Positions 33,262 to 42,600 of a DNA stretch of 64,000 nucleotides are shown here, in pieces (within the stretch, counting starts at the first letter, position 1; each line of letters starts with the position of its first letter). The notes below the pieces were generated by a model. It did not search any database and was not told the DNA's origin. It saw only the letters and a list, made by a program, of their open reading frames with translations. The translations under genes were made by a program, and so were the position numbers. The DNA is from Gammaproteobacteria bacterium (GTDB taxonomy: Bacteria > Pseudomonadota > Gammaproteobacteria > Legionellales > Legionellaceae): the NCBI GenBank assembly GCA_024742995.1, contig JANSXK010000002.1:198232-262231 (forward strand), read 5' to 3'.

Positions 33262-34554
33262 AGTTATGCCAGCGAGAAGCATACCAAGATCGTACGCTAT
33301 CAACATTCCTATTAAACCAAAATGGTATGTAAATCCTAAAATATACGCTAATGGTAAGGCAAGTAACCATAAACAAGCCATACTAACGAACATCGGTTGT
33401 ATGGTAAAACCCATTGCTCGGAGAGCGCCTGAGCAAATATTTCTCAAAACATCAAAAAATTGCCCCAAAACAATCACGGTGAGTGAGATTGATGCCAAAT
33501 GCACACTCATTTTATTGGCGATGTCAGAGGTGTTCATAAAGACAGTCATCAGAGCTGTTGGAAATAAAATAACAATAATAAATGCTATTCCTACCGGCAC
33601 ATAAGCTAATTTCATAGCTGACCATCCGAATGTTTTTAACAAACTTTCTTGGCGTGCGCCTAGTAAATGGCTGGTTAATATTGCAATTGCTTGCGAAATA
33701 CCAAATATAGGGATAACTAACAATAGAAGGTATTGCGACGTAATTTGTATCGCATTAAGTGCGTTTATGCCTAACCAACCAGCCATGATAGTGATAGCGA
33801 ATAAAGATAAAATTTCTCCTGTAATACTGATGCTGATAGGCCAACCTATATGAAATAATTTGCATAAGATTTGTTGGTCTATTTTAAACTTAAAGCTATC
33901 AAAGAACGAATTCATATTGACACAGTACAATAAACCAAACGTAAGAACCCAAGCTTGTATGACAATCGCGTATGCGAGGCCTGAAACACCAAGCTCTGGG
34001 CATCCAAATTTGCCGTAAATTAGGCCCACACCTAATACGGAGGTAAGCACGAGACTGATGAAGTCAACTGCTAATGCTAAGAACTGTTTTTGTATTGCAA
34101 ACAAAGCTTGCTGCGTGGCGGTGATCATCAAAATGGCTGGAACACCAAAAGAAAAAACTTGAAAATATTGCTCAACAACTACGATGATAGGTTTTGGTTG
34201 TTGCAAAAAATGCAAGATGGGGCCTATAGACCAGAAGATCATCATCAATAACAGTGAGATGAGTAATGCAAGTATGATGGCTTGTTGCAGCACATTGTTT
34301 ATTTTGTCATATTGTTTACCACCGAACAATTGTCCAACCAAAATGCTTGTTGAGAATACAATAGACATTCCTGCTGAGATGAGAGTTACTTGTGTGGCGC
34401 TTATTAAGGCGCTTGCGGCAAGTGATGTTGCGTTATAATGAGAGAGTAGTATGGCGCCTACAAACCCCATAAATGTGGATATTAATCGAGATCCAGCTAA
34501 AGGGAGGGCGAGTTTGAATACTTGAAACATACTACTAGGATGGTTAGTTTTCAT
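33166..34554 (-). CDS. MATE-family efflux transporter
   Basis: 462 aa with 12 predicted hydrophobic segments and a NorM-like N-terminus (FKLALPLAGSRLISTFMGFVGAILLSH). Confidence 0.9.
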   Translation of the reverse strand: MKTNHPSSMFQVFKLALPLAGSRLISTFMGFVGAILLSHYNATSLAASALISATQVTLISAGMSIVFSTSILVGQLFGGKQYDKINNVLQQAIILALLISLLLMMIFWSIGPILHFLQQPKPIIVVVEQYFQVFSFGVPAILMITATQQALFAIQKQFLALAVDFISLVLTSVLGVGLIYGKFGCPELGVSGLAYAIVIQAWVLTFGLLYCVNMNSFFDSFKFKIDQQILCKLFHIGWPISISITGEILSLFAITIMAGWLGINALNAIQITSQYLLLLVIPIFGISQAIAILTSHLLGARQESLLKTFGWSAMKLAYVPVGIAFIIVILFPTALMTVFMNTSDIANKMSVHLASISLTVIVLGQFFDVLRNICSGALRAMGFTIQPMFVSMACLWLLALPLAYILGFTYHFGLIGMLIAYDLGMLLAGITLYKFWVNRATICESYVTSHTLRPEIPAQNPS

Positions 34555-34558
34555 AAAT

Positions 34559-35134
34559 TTAGTTTGACTGAGTTTTGATTAAAGAGGTGTCAGTAGTGTG
34601 TTCTTTATTTTGAAATTTATGGACAATCATTTGGTGTGGATGAGGCGTTTGAATCTGTGTCAGTGTTTCCGTGTATTGCCCTCCTGTCAATTGTTGGATG
34701 ATTTTTCTCCAAAAAGACAAAGCGGGTATATTGTTAGGAATTTGCATCACTTCCCATACGCCTGAAAATTGTGCGAAAAGGTGCATGGCAATATGGCGGC
34801 CAATACCCTTGTTTTGAAATTTTGCTACGATATAAAACTCAGCCAAATACCAGTCTATATCAACGCTACTGCCTTTTTTATTGATGAGTGCAAATCCAGC
34901 GAGCTGGTTATCTACGTGAAAGATAAAAGGATAATAGTTTTTATTGTCCCAATATTTGTCAAAATTAAAAGAAGTTTCAAATGCCTCAAATAAACCATCT
35001 TTTGGAAAGTCTTCTCCAGTGTATCGAGAAAACTCATATACGTAAAAGCGAGCAAGATTCTTGATGGTGGGTTTTAGATCAATTGGAGCAAGTACACATT
35101 CTATTTTATAGACATGTTGGGAATTTTTTAACAT
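34559..35134 (-). CDS. GNAT-family N-acetyltransferase
   Basis: 191 aa. The acetyl-CoA binding motif is FYIVAKFQNKGIGRHIA (Q/R-x-x-G-x-G/A). It lies 4 nt upstream of the MATE gene and diverges from the NRPS operon. Confidence 0.8.
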   Translation of the reverse strand: MLKNSQHVYKIECVLAPIDLKPTIKNLARFYVYEFSRYTGEDFPKDGLFEAFETSFNFDKYWDNKNYYPFIFHVDNQLAGFALINKKGSSVDIDWYLAEFYIVAKFQNKGIGRHIAMHLFAQFSGVWEVMQIPNNIPALSFWRKIIQQLTGGQYTETLTQIQTPHPHQMIVHKFQNKEHTTDTSLIKTQSN

Positions 35135-35335
35135 GGGTCTATTCCTTACGTAAATGATGCGAATCTAAAAAACATTGTTTTTTAAAGTAATTTGGAGTAT
35201 AAAGACTCGAAAAAAAAATACTCAAGCAAACATTCTTTATCCATTGGATATATAAAATAGTGGATTGGGTTTGCGATAGCAAGTTTTGAATGAATCTTAT
35301 AAGGACAGATAAAACACGAGCCGAAAGGAGAGATA

Positions 35336-38300
35336 GTGCTTACCACAGATGACATTCAAGCATTATCGCGAGAAGAACAAGAATTGTTTTTTTTGCTTTT
35401 ACAGGAAGAAGGGATCGACCTTCAGTCTTCGCCAATTACGCCCCAAACAACAGATCAATCATCCTATCCTTTGTCGTATGCACAGCGTCGAATATGGCTT
35501 TTAAATCAATTAGATCCAAAAAGTACTGCATATCATATGTTTGGTGTGTTGCACCTGAACGGAGCCGTTGATCACGCTGTACTTGCGCGATCTTTTGGTG
35601 AGGTGATAAAACGACATGATATACTACGAGCTTCTTTTCATATAGAAGATAATCATCCGATCATGAGGATAAATGACTCATGTGCTTTTCAGTTAAAATG
35701 GGTCGATTTTTCATATTTGCAGACCGATGAGTCGAATGCCACTGTTCAAGATATTATCCGTGAAGCGCATATGCAAGCATTTGATTTATCGCAACCAGGG
35801 TTGATCCGGGCTTCTTTGGTCAAGCTCTCAGATATTAAATATTTATTATTATTTGCAACCCATCATATTATTGCAGATGCTTGGTCTTTGAATGTTTTAA
35901 TTCGTGAACTGAGTCATTTTTATCAATCCATGGGAGCAGGACATACGGATGGTTTACCTGAGCTGCCTATTCAATATTCTGATTATGCAGTGTGGCAACA
36001 AAATTTATCACAAAGCTTTGAGTTTAATAAAAGCGTTGCGTATTGGATAAAGCAACTAAAAGATGGCGAAAACACTTTGAATTTACCTGCGGATGCAATG
36101 AGGCCTCCTTTGCAAACGTCAAAAGGTAAAAAGCTGATGTTCACAATTTCAGAGGCGCTCAGCGATAAAATCAAAGCCTTGAGTTCCTCAGCTGATGTTA
36201 GTTTATTTGTGTTGTTACTATCCGTATTTCAAGTGTTGCTCTTTCGTTATTCCAGTCAAACCAACTTTATGATTGGCTCTGTGATTAGTAATCGAAATCG
36301 TCGTGAATTAGAAGCTTTGATAGGGTTGTTTGCTGATACCTTGGTTCTAAGAACTGATTTGTCGGGGAATCCAACATTTCAGGAACTATTAATCAGGACA
36401 AAACGAATTGTTTTAGAAGCATTTCAGCATCAAGCGGTTCCATTCGATCTCATTGTTGAAAAACTCAATGTGAAAAGAGAACTCAGTCATCATCCTCTTT
36501 TTCAGGTTATGTTTGTTTATGAGAGTCGTTCTGAACATTTTAATATAGCCGATATTCAAGGAGAACAATTAGAGTTTGAGTCAGGGCATGCGAAATTTGA
36601 TTTGACTTTTTTTGTTGAAGACAAAGGGGCGTTTCTAAGTGGCGCTATTGAATATAATATTGATTTATTTTTACCAGAAACGATTCATAGTTATTTAGAA
36701 AGTTATTTGGCCTTGTTAGAAAATATTAGCATTGATGCCAGTAAAAAAATATCAGAATTACCCTTGGTAAGGGAACAACAAGCAAAAAAACTCTTGTCTT
36801 GGCAAGATGATTCAGGTCCCGCAAAAAATTTCTGCTTACATCAGTACTTTGAGAAATGGGTGGATTTAACACCTAATGAAATCGCTGTGTCTTTTATGGG
36901 ATTAGAGATTAGTTATCAACAGTTGAACCAACGTAGCAATGAAATCGCTCATAAATTAATTCAATTGGGGGTAAAAAAGAATCAATTTGTGGCAATCATG
37001 CTGGAAGTTGGTATTGACCAAATTGCTGCTCTTTTAGCAGTTTGTAAATCTGGGGCAGGTTTTATTTGTTTAGATCAGCATTACCCTAAGCTACGTTTGA
37101 TGCAAATATTGGAGGAAGTAAAGCCGTTTTGCGTGATTTCAGATGCTTCTAGTTTAAAGAGTCATCATCAAAATTTTTTACTTGCTCAGCAAGAGGCACA
37201 TTACGAGGCTTCTATTATCAATCTTTCTGAAGATGATGTTTTGGATGTTTTTACAGGGAACCCTAAAGTTGATGTTGTACCCAGTGATCCCGTTTATATT
37301 GTTTATACATCGGGCTCGACGGGTAAACCTAAGGGTATTTTGCAGACACATGGTTGTTCAATACAGTATATGGAGTGGCAAAGCAATCAATTTCAAATCC
37401 AACCTAAAAAACGTATGGCGCAATGGGCATCCATTACCTATGATGCGTCTTACAGCGAAATTTTTGGTGCACTTTGTTTCGGAGCAACGTTATGTGTCAC
37501 GGCGCCTTTGGATAGAAGAGATCCAAAAGTAATGATGGGTTGGCTCGAATTGGCTAAGATAACAGTGATCCAATTGGTGCCAAGTTTTTGTAAGCTTTTA
37601 TTACAGTGCATGATTGCTGAATATGCAACAAAACAAACGCACGTACTGGAAAACTTGGAGTATGTTTTGCTTGCAGGGGAGAGTCTGCCCGTTAAGCTGG
37701 CACGTGAGTTTCAGGGATACTTTAATCATAAGACAAAACTTTATAATCTCTATGGCCCTAGTGAAATTGTGTTGGCCACCCAGTATTGTGTTGATAACTT
37801 GCCGCCTGCTTTAACCAATATTTCTATCGGTGCGCCATTTGTGGGTAGACAAATTTTGATATTAGATAGCCACGGTGCACTTTGCCCATTGCGAGTTCCT
37901 GGCGAAATTTATATTAAAAGTCCTTATTTGACACAAGGGTATTTCCAGCAACCTGAGGAGACAGGAAAAGTTTTTATTCAGAATCCACTGCATGATGATT
38001 ATCCTGATAGGGTATACAAAACAGGTGATCGAGGACGTTGGCTGAATGAACATGAAATTGAATTTTTAGGAAGAAAGGATAATCAAGTTAAAATTAGAGG
38101 TAGTCGTGTTGAAGTTGGGGAAGTTGAAGCCGTGCTTTTAAGGCATGAGGCTGTTCGTGAAAGTGCAGTGATTGTTAAAAGACATTTCGATGATACGGTT
38201 TATTTGGATGCATTTGTTTCTGGTGAACGTGAGATTGATACCCAAGTTCTCAAGAATTTTTTGGTGAGCTATTTGCCAACTTATATGATGCCATCCCATA

Positions 38301-38713
38301 TTTTTTTCCTTGAAAATTTTCCTCGTACCATTAGTGGAAAAATCGATCGAAAAATGCTGGCGGTACAATCTTATGAAAGGCAAGAAACGTCGGAGACTGC
38401 AGTAGCTCCAGAAAATGAAATTGAGAAAGATATCGCAGCTGTTTGGCAAGCACTTCTTGGTGTGTCTTCGGTTTGTGTGAATAGCAACTTTTTTGATCTT
38501 GGTGGGCACTCATTGTTGTTGGTTCAGGTCCAGATGGCATTGAGTGTGCGATTGAAGCAAAATATAGCGTTGATAGATCTATTTAAGTACCCCACCATCA
38601 AATCTTTAGCGAATTTTTTGAGTCAAACAACGGAATTTGCTTTACCACAGGGTCAACAGCGCGCTCTTTTGCGCAAAAAATTATCAAAACGGCGACACAA
38701 TTTAACTGTATAA
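35336..38713 (+). CDS. NRPS module C-A-T (1125 aa)
   Basis: GTG start after AAAGGAGAG. The C domain has HHIIADAWS. The A domain has IVYTSGSTGKPKG, YDAS, NLYGPSE, YKTGDRGRW and GKIDR. The T domain has FFDLGGHSLL. Confidence 0.95.
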   Translation: MLTTDDIQALSREEQELFFLLLQEEGIDLQSSPITPQTTDQSSYPLSYAQRRIWLLNQLDPKSTAYHMFGVLHLNGAVDHAVLARSFGEVIKRHDILRASFHIEDNHPIMRINDSCAFQLKWVDFSYLQTDESNATVQDIIREAHMQAFDLSQPGLIRASLVKLSDIKYLLLFATHHIIADAWSLNVLIRELSHFYQSMGAGHTDGLPELPIQYSDYAVWQQNLSQSFEFNKSVAYWIKQLKDGENTLNLPADAMRPPLQTSKGKKLMFTISEALSDKIKALSSSADVSLFVLLLSVFQVLLFRYSSQTNFMIGSVISNRNRRELEALIGLFADTLVLRTDLSGNPTFQELLIRTKRIVLEAFQHQAVPFDLIVEKLNVKRELSHHPLFQVMFVYESRSEHFNIADIQGEQLEFESGHAKFDLTFFVEDKGAFLSGAIEYNIDLFLPETIHSYLESYLALLENISIDASKKISELPLVREQQAKKLLSWQDDSGPAKNFCLHQYFEKWVDLTPNEIAVSFMGLEISYQQLNQRSNEIAHKLIQLGVKKNQFVAIMLEVGIDQIAALLAVCKSGAGFICLDQHYPKLRLMQILEEVKPFCVISDASSLKSHHQNFLLAQQEAHYEASIINLSEDDVLDVFTGNPKVDVVPSDPVYIVYTSGSTGKPKGILQTHGCSIQYMEWQSNQFQIQPKKRMAQWASITYDASYSEIFGALCFGATLCVTAPLDRRDPKVMMGWLELAKITVIQLVPSFCKLLLQCMIAEYATKQTHVLENLEYVLLAGESLPVKLAREFQGYFNHKTKLYNLYGPSEIVLATQYCVDNLPPALTNISIGAPFVGRQILILDSHGALCPLRVPGEIYIKSPYLTQGYFQQPEETGKVFIQNPLHDDYPDRVYKTGDRGRWLNEHEIEFLGRKDNQVKIRGSRVEVGEVEAVLLRHEAVRESAVIVKRHFDDTVYLDAFVSGEREIDTQVLKNFLVSYLPTYMMPSHIFFLENFPRTISGKIDRKMLAVQSYERQETSETAVAPENEIEKDIAAVWQALLGVSSVCVNSNFFDLGGHSLLLVQVQMALSVRLKQNIALIDLFKYPTIKSLANFLSQTTEFALPQGQQRALLRKKLSKRRHNLTV

Positions 38714-38725
38714 GGAATATACTTC

Positions 38726-39604
38726 ATGTCTGATCTAAAAGAGGAACTTAAAAGCGCTATTTCGGCTAGGAGACAAAAGCTCACACCTGATAAACAGCGA
38801 TTGTTGAAAGAGAGGCTAGATGGACAGTTTTCCCGATCGTTTTCTCAAAGGTTGCTGGCTGAAATCGATGATAAAATCAATGTGGCTCGTTTGCAATACG
38901 GAAAGATAGCTTTAGAACGACTTGAGCAAAGTATCGCTATTTTTAAGGGAGGCGCCAAATCTTCTGATGCAGATCCTAGACAAGTTGCTGATGCACTTTA
39001 TTTTCCTGGTCTTTCTGCTAAACCATGGCATGAACCGGAGGATTTTGATTGGGTTCCTAAGATGGAAGCGAGTGCTGCTGTGATTCGTTCTGAGCTATCG
39101 AACTTATTTAAAAAAGAAGCTGAGTTTAACCCTTATCAGCATCCCTATACTAAGGAGTTTGGATGGAAAGGATGGGGTACTTATTCGTTTTATCGTGTCA
39201 ACAAATGGGATAATGAACATTGTTTATCCTGTCCAAAAACGATAGAATCCATACGTCAAACGCCACATGGATTGCGTGAGTGTATGTTTACAAGGCTACT
39301 TCCTGATTCTCACATTACGCCTCATTCGGGTGGTAGTAACATTGTATTGACTTGTCACTTAGGCCTACATATTCCAGAGGGTTGTGCAATACGTGTGGAA
39401 AATGAAACACGGACATGGGAAGAAGGCAAATGCCTTATATTTGATGATAGCTATATGCATGAGGTTTGGCATCGAGGACAGGGAATCAGAACAGTGTTGC
39501 TGTGGGATATTTGGCATCCAGATTTAACCGAAATTGAGAAATCTGTGTTAACCATGATTTTTCCAATCATTGATAAATATTTGGAGCACGCTGCGAAGGT
39601 TTAA
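38726..39604 (+). CDS. Aspartyl/asparaginyl beta-hydroxylase-family Fe(II)/2OG oxygenase
   Basis: 292 aa. HITPHSGGSNIVLTCHLGLHIPEGCAIRV....WEEGKCLIFDDSYMHEVWH is typical of the AspH/LpxO family. Confidence 0.85.
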   Translation: MSDLKEELKSAISARRQKLTPDKQRLLKERLDGQFSRSFSQRLLAEIDDKINVARLQYGKIALERLEQSIAIFKGGAKSSDADPRQVADALYFPGLSAKPWHEPEDFDWVPKMEASAAVIRSELSNLFKKEAEFNPYQHPYTKEFGWKGWGTYSFYRVNKWDNEHCLSCPKTIESIRQTPHGLRECMFTRLLPDSHITPHSGGSNIVLTCHLGLHIPEGCAIRVENETRTWEEGKCLIFDDSYMHEVWHRGQGIRTVLLWDIWHPDLTEIEKSVLTMIFPIIDKYLEHAAKV

Positions 39605-39642
39605 GTCGTACATTAGGAAAGTTCAAAAGGGAGTTGAATCAG

Positions 39643-42600
39643 ATGGAATCTAGTATAGCTGTAATTGGAATGGCAGGACGATTTCCTGGTGCTGAAACGT
39701 TACCGCAGTTTTGGCGTAACCTGATCAATGGGGTTGAGACCATTCGTTTTTTTTCTCAAGACGAATTGACGCCTTCTTATACTGATCCTGTATCTTTTTC
39801 GCATCCTGATTATATCGGAGCGCGTGGCATATTAGAAAATATTGATATGTTTGATGCGGGATTTTTTAATATTAATCCCCGTGAAGCAGCGGTTATGGAT
39901 CCACAACATAGGCTTTTTTTAGAGTGTGCATGGGAAGCACTTGAGCACTCAGGTTATATGCCTGGATGTAGTTCTGGCACAATTGGTGTTGTTGCGAGTA
40001 GTTATCATAATACTTACTTGTTAAATAATCTGTACTCCAATACATCACTGATGACATTGGTGGGGGGAGATGTGATTATGCATGGTAACGCACATGATCA
40101 TTTGGCCACTCACGTCGCGTATAAATTAAATTTATCAGGCCCGAGTTTGACGGTGCAAACAGCATGTTCATCATCGTTAGTTGCAGTGCATCTCGCATGC
40201 CAGCAATTGTTAAACGGTGAATCTGACGTGGTATTGGCGGGAGGTGTTTGTGTCAATGTTCCGGAAAAATCCGGATATTTATATCAAGAAGGGGGCATTT
40301 TTTCCTCTGATGGACATTGCCGTGCTTTTGATGAGAAAGCTCAGGGCACGGTATTTGGTAATGGCCTGGGCATTGTGGTACTAAAGCGCGTGGATGAAGC
40401 ACTTGCGGCGGGGGATTGTATTCACGCGGTTATTAAAGGGACGGCCATCAATAATGATGGTGCAGCTAAAGTCGGTTATATGGCGCCGAGTGCCGAAGGT
40501 CAAGCAGCTGTCATAACAGAAGCTTTGGCTGTTGCAGATGTCGACCCTGAAACGATTGCGTACATAGAAGCACATGGTACAGGAACTGCTATGGGAGATG
40601 CTATTGAAGTAGCGGCATTGACATCAGCTTATGGTCACGCGACTCAAAAGAAAAATTTCTGTGGAATCGGTTCAATCAAAACCAACATTGGGCATCTGAA
40701 TGCAGCATCAGGTGTTGCGGGATTAATAAAGACTATTTTATCTTTACAGCATAAAATATTGCCCCCTACTTTAAATGCAAATAACCCAAACCCAAATTTA
40801 AATATAGAAGATAGCCCTTTTTATATTCATTCACAATGTACGGATTGGGTGGATGGTAAGTTTCCACGACGTGCAGGTGTGAGTTCATTTGGTGTCGGGG
40901 GTACGAACGCGCATGTGATTCTTGAGGAAGCACCAAGGACCCAAGCCACAATAGAGTCAGGACCGCAGCTCATTATTTTGTCTGCAAAAACATCAACAGC
41001 GCTGGAGGAGATGACTGCGAATTTTATTCGCCACTTAGAAGATTATCCTGATCAAACGCTTTCAGACGTTGCTTTTACATTGCAAGTGGGTCGGCAAGCG
41101 TTTTCACATCGAAGGATGATTGTTGCCCAAGAGCGTGATGTGTTGATACAGCAATTGGCCAACCATGATAAAAACCATGTATTTACCCAGCGGCTATCTG
41201 AGTCGAGCTCGAAAAAAATAGTCTTCATGTTTTCGGGTCAAGGATCACAATACGTGAATATGGCCAGTGATTTATATCAGCAGCAGCCTATGTTTCGCCA
41301 ACATATTGATTATTGTTCGGAACAATTAATACCACATTTAGGTTTGGATTTACGAACAGTGTTGTATTGTGAGTCACAAGAGCAAATAGAGAAGTCTTCC
41401 GAGTTGTTGACACAAACAGCACTAGCTCAGCCTGCTATTTTTGTGATTGAGTATGCTTTAGCCAGGTTGTGGATGGCTTGGGGCATTGAGCCGGACTATA
41501 TGATTGGACATAGCATTGGTGAATATGTTGCTGCGTGTTTGGCTGGCGTTTTTGAATTAGAGGATGCATTAGAATTAGTCGCTTTGCGTGGTCAAATAAT
41601 GCAAAATGTGCCGGAAGGATCTATGTTGGCTGTGGCGTCTTCTGCAGAAAAAATAGAGCCTTTGATCATTGAGAAACCGCTTTGTGTTGCAGCAATAAAT
41701 ACCTTTACCTCTTGTGTGATATCTGGTGAATGTTTGGCGATTAACGATTTGCAAACATGTTTGACAGCAGAAGGAATTTCTCACCAATTGCTCCATACAT
41801 CGCATGCATTTCACTCGTGTATGATGGACGGTATATTAAAAGAGTTTGGCTCCAAATTAAAGTCATTACAATTACAGTCTCCGCAAAGGTTGTATGTTTC
41901 TAATTTGACTGGAAAACTGATCACAGATGAAGAAGCGACGGATCCAAACTATTGGGTCAATCATTTGCGGCATACTGTTTTATTTGCAAAAGGTGTCGAA
42001 TCACTTCTCATGCAGTCGCCTGAAGAAAGGGCGTTGATATTTTTAGAAGTGGGCCCTTCTAATGCTTTGAGTACTATGATACGCCAAGTTGTATCGCCCA
42101 TGAATCATCATGAAGTGATATCGTCATTGAGACACCCAAAGAAAGTAGAACATGATCTGGTTGTATTACTTAGGGCTTTAGGACAGCTTTGGTTGCATGC
42201 TGGCACTGTTATTCATTGGCAAATGGTTCATGATGAGCCGAGTGGTCGGGTGCCATTACCTACTTATCCATTTGAGCGGAGTTCCTATTGGATAGAGCCT
42301 CAGTATTCAAGTGTTATCGCTGAAAAAGGCGATCAATTAGGCAAAAATCAGAATAGCTTAGAGTGGTTTTATTTACCGAGTTGGAGGCAAGCCGTATTAC
42401 CCTTAAATCATCATCTGTTTACCGAGGCGGATGAATGGTTGATATTTGAGGATTGCTGTGGAGTAAGTGACAGTATTATTGAATATTTGTTAGATCATCA
42501 ACAACGCGTGACAAGAGTGGGTGGTGGTGAAACATGGAGCTGTATTGACTCGAGCACTTTTGCTATTGACTTTCAAATGCCAGAGCATTACGAAGCGTTG

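Noticed and set aside
35135-35335. Candidate -35/-10 boxes upstream of the NRPS operon (for example TTGTTT, 17 nt, then TATAAA) and possible shared regulation with the divergent GNAT gene.
   Set aside because: The interval is so AT-rich that many hexamer pairs fit equally well. I cannot single one out without transcription start data.
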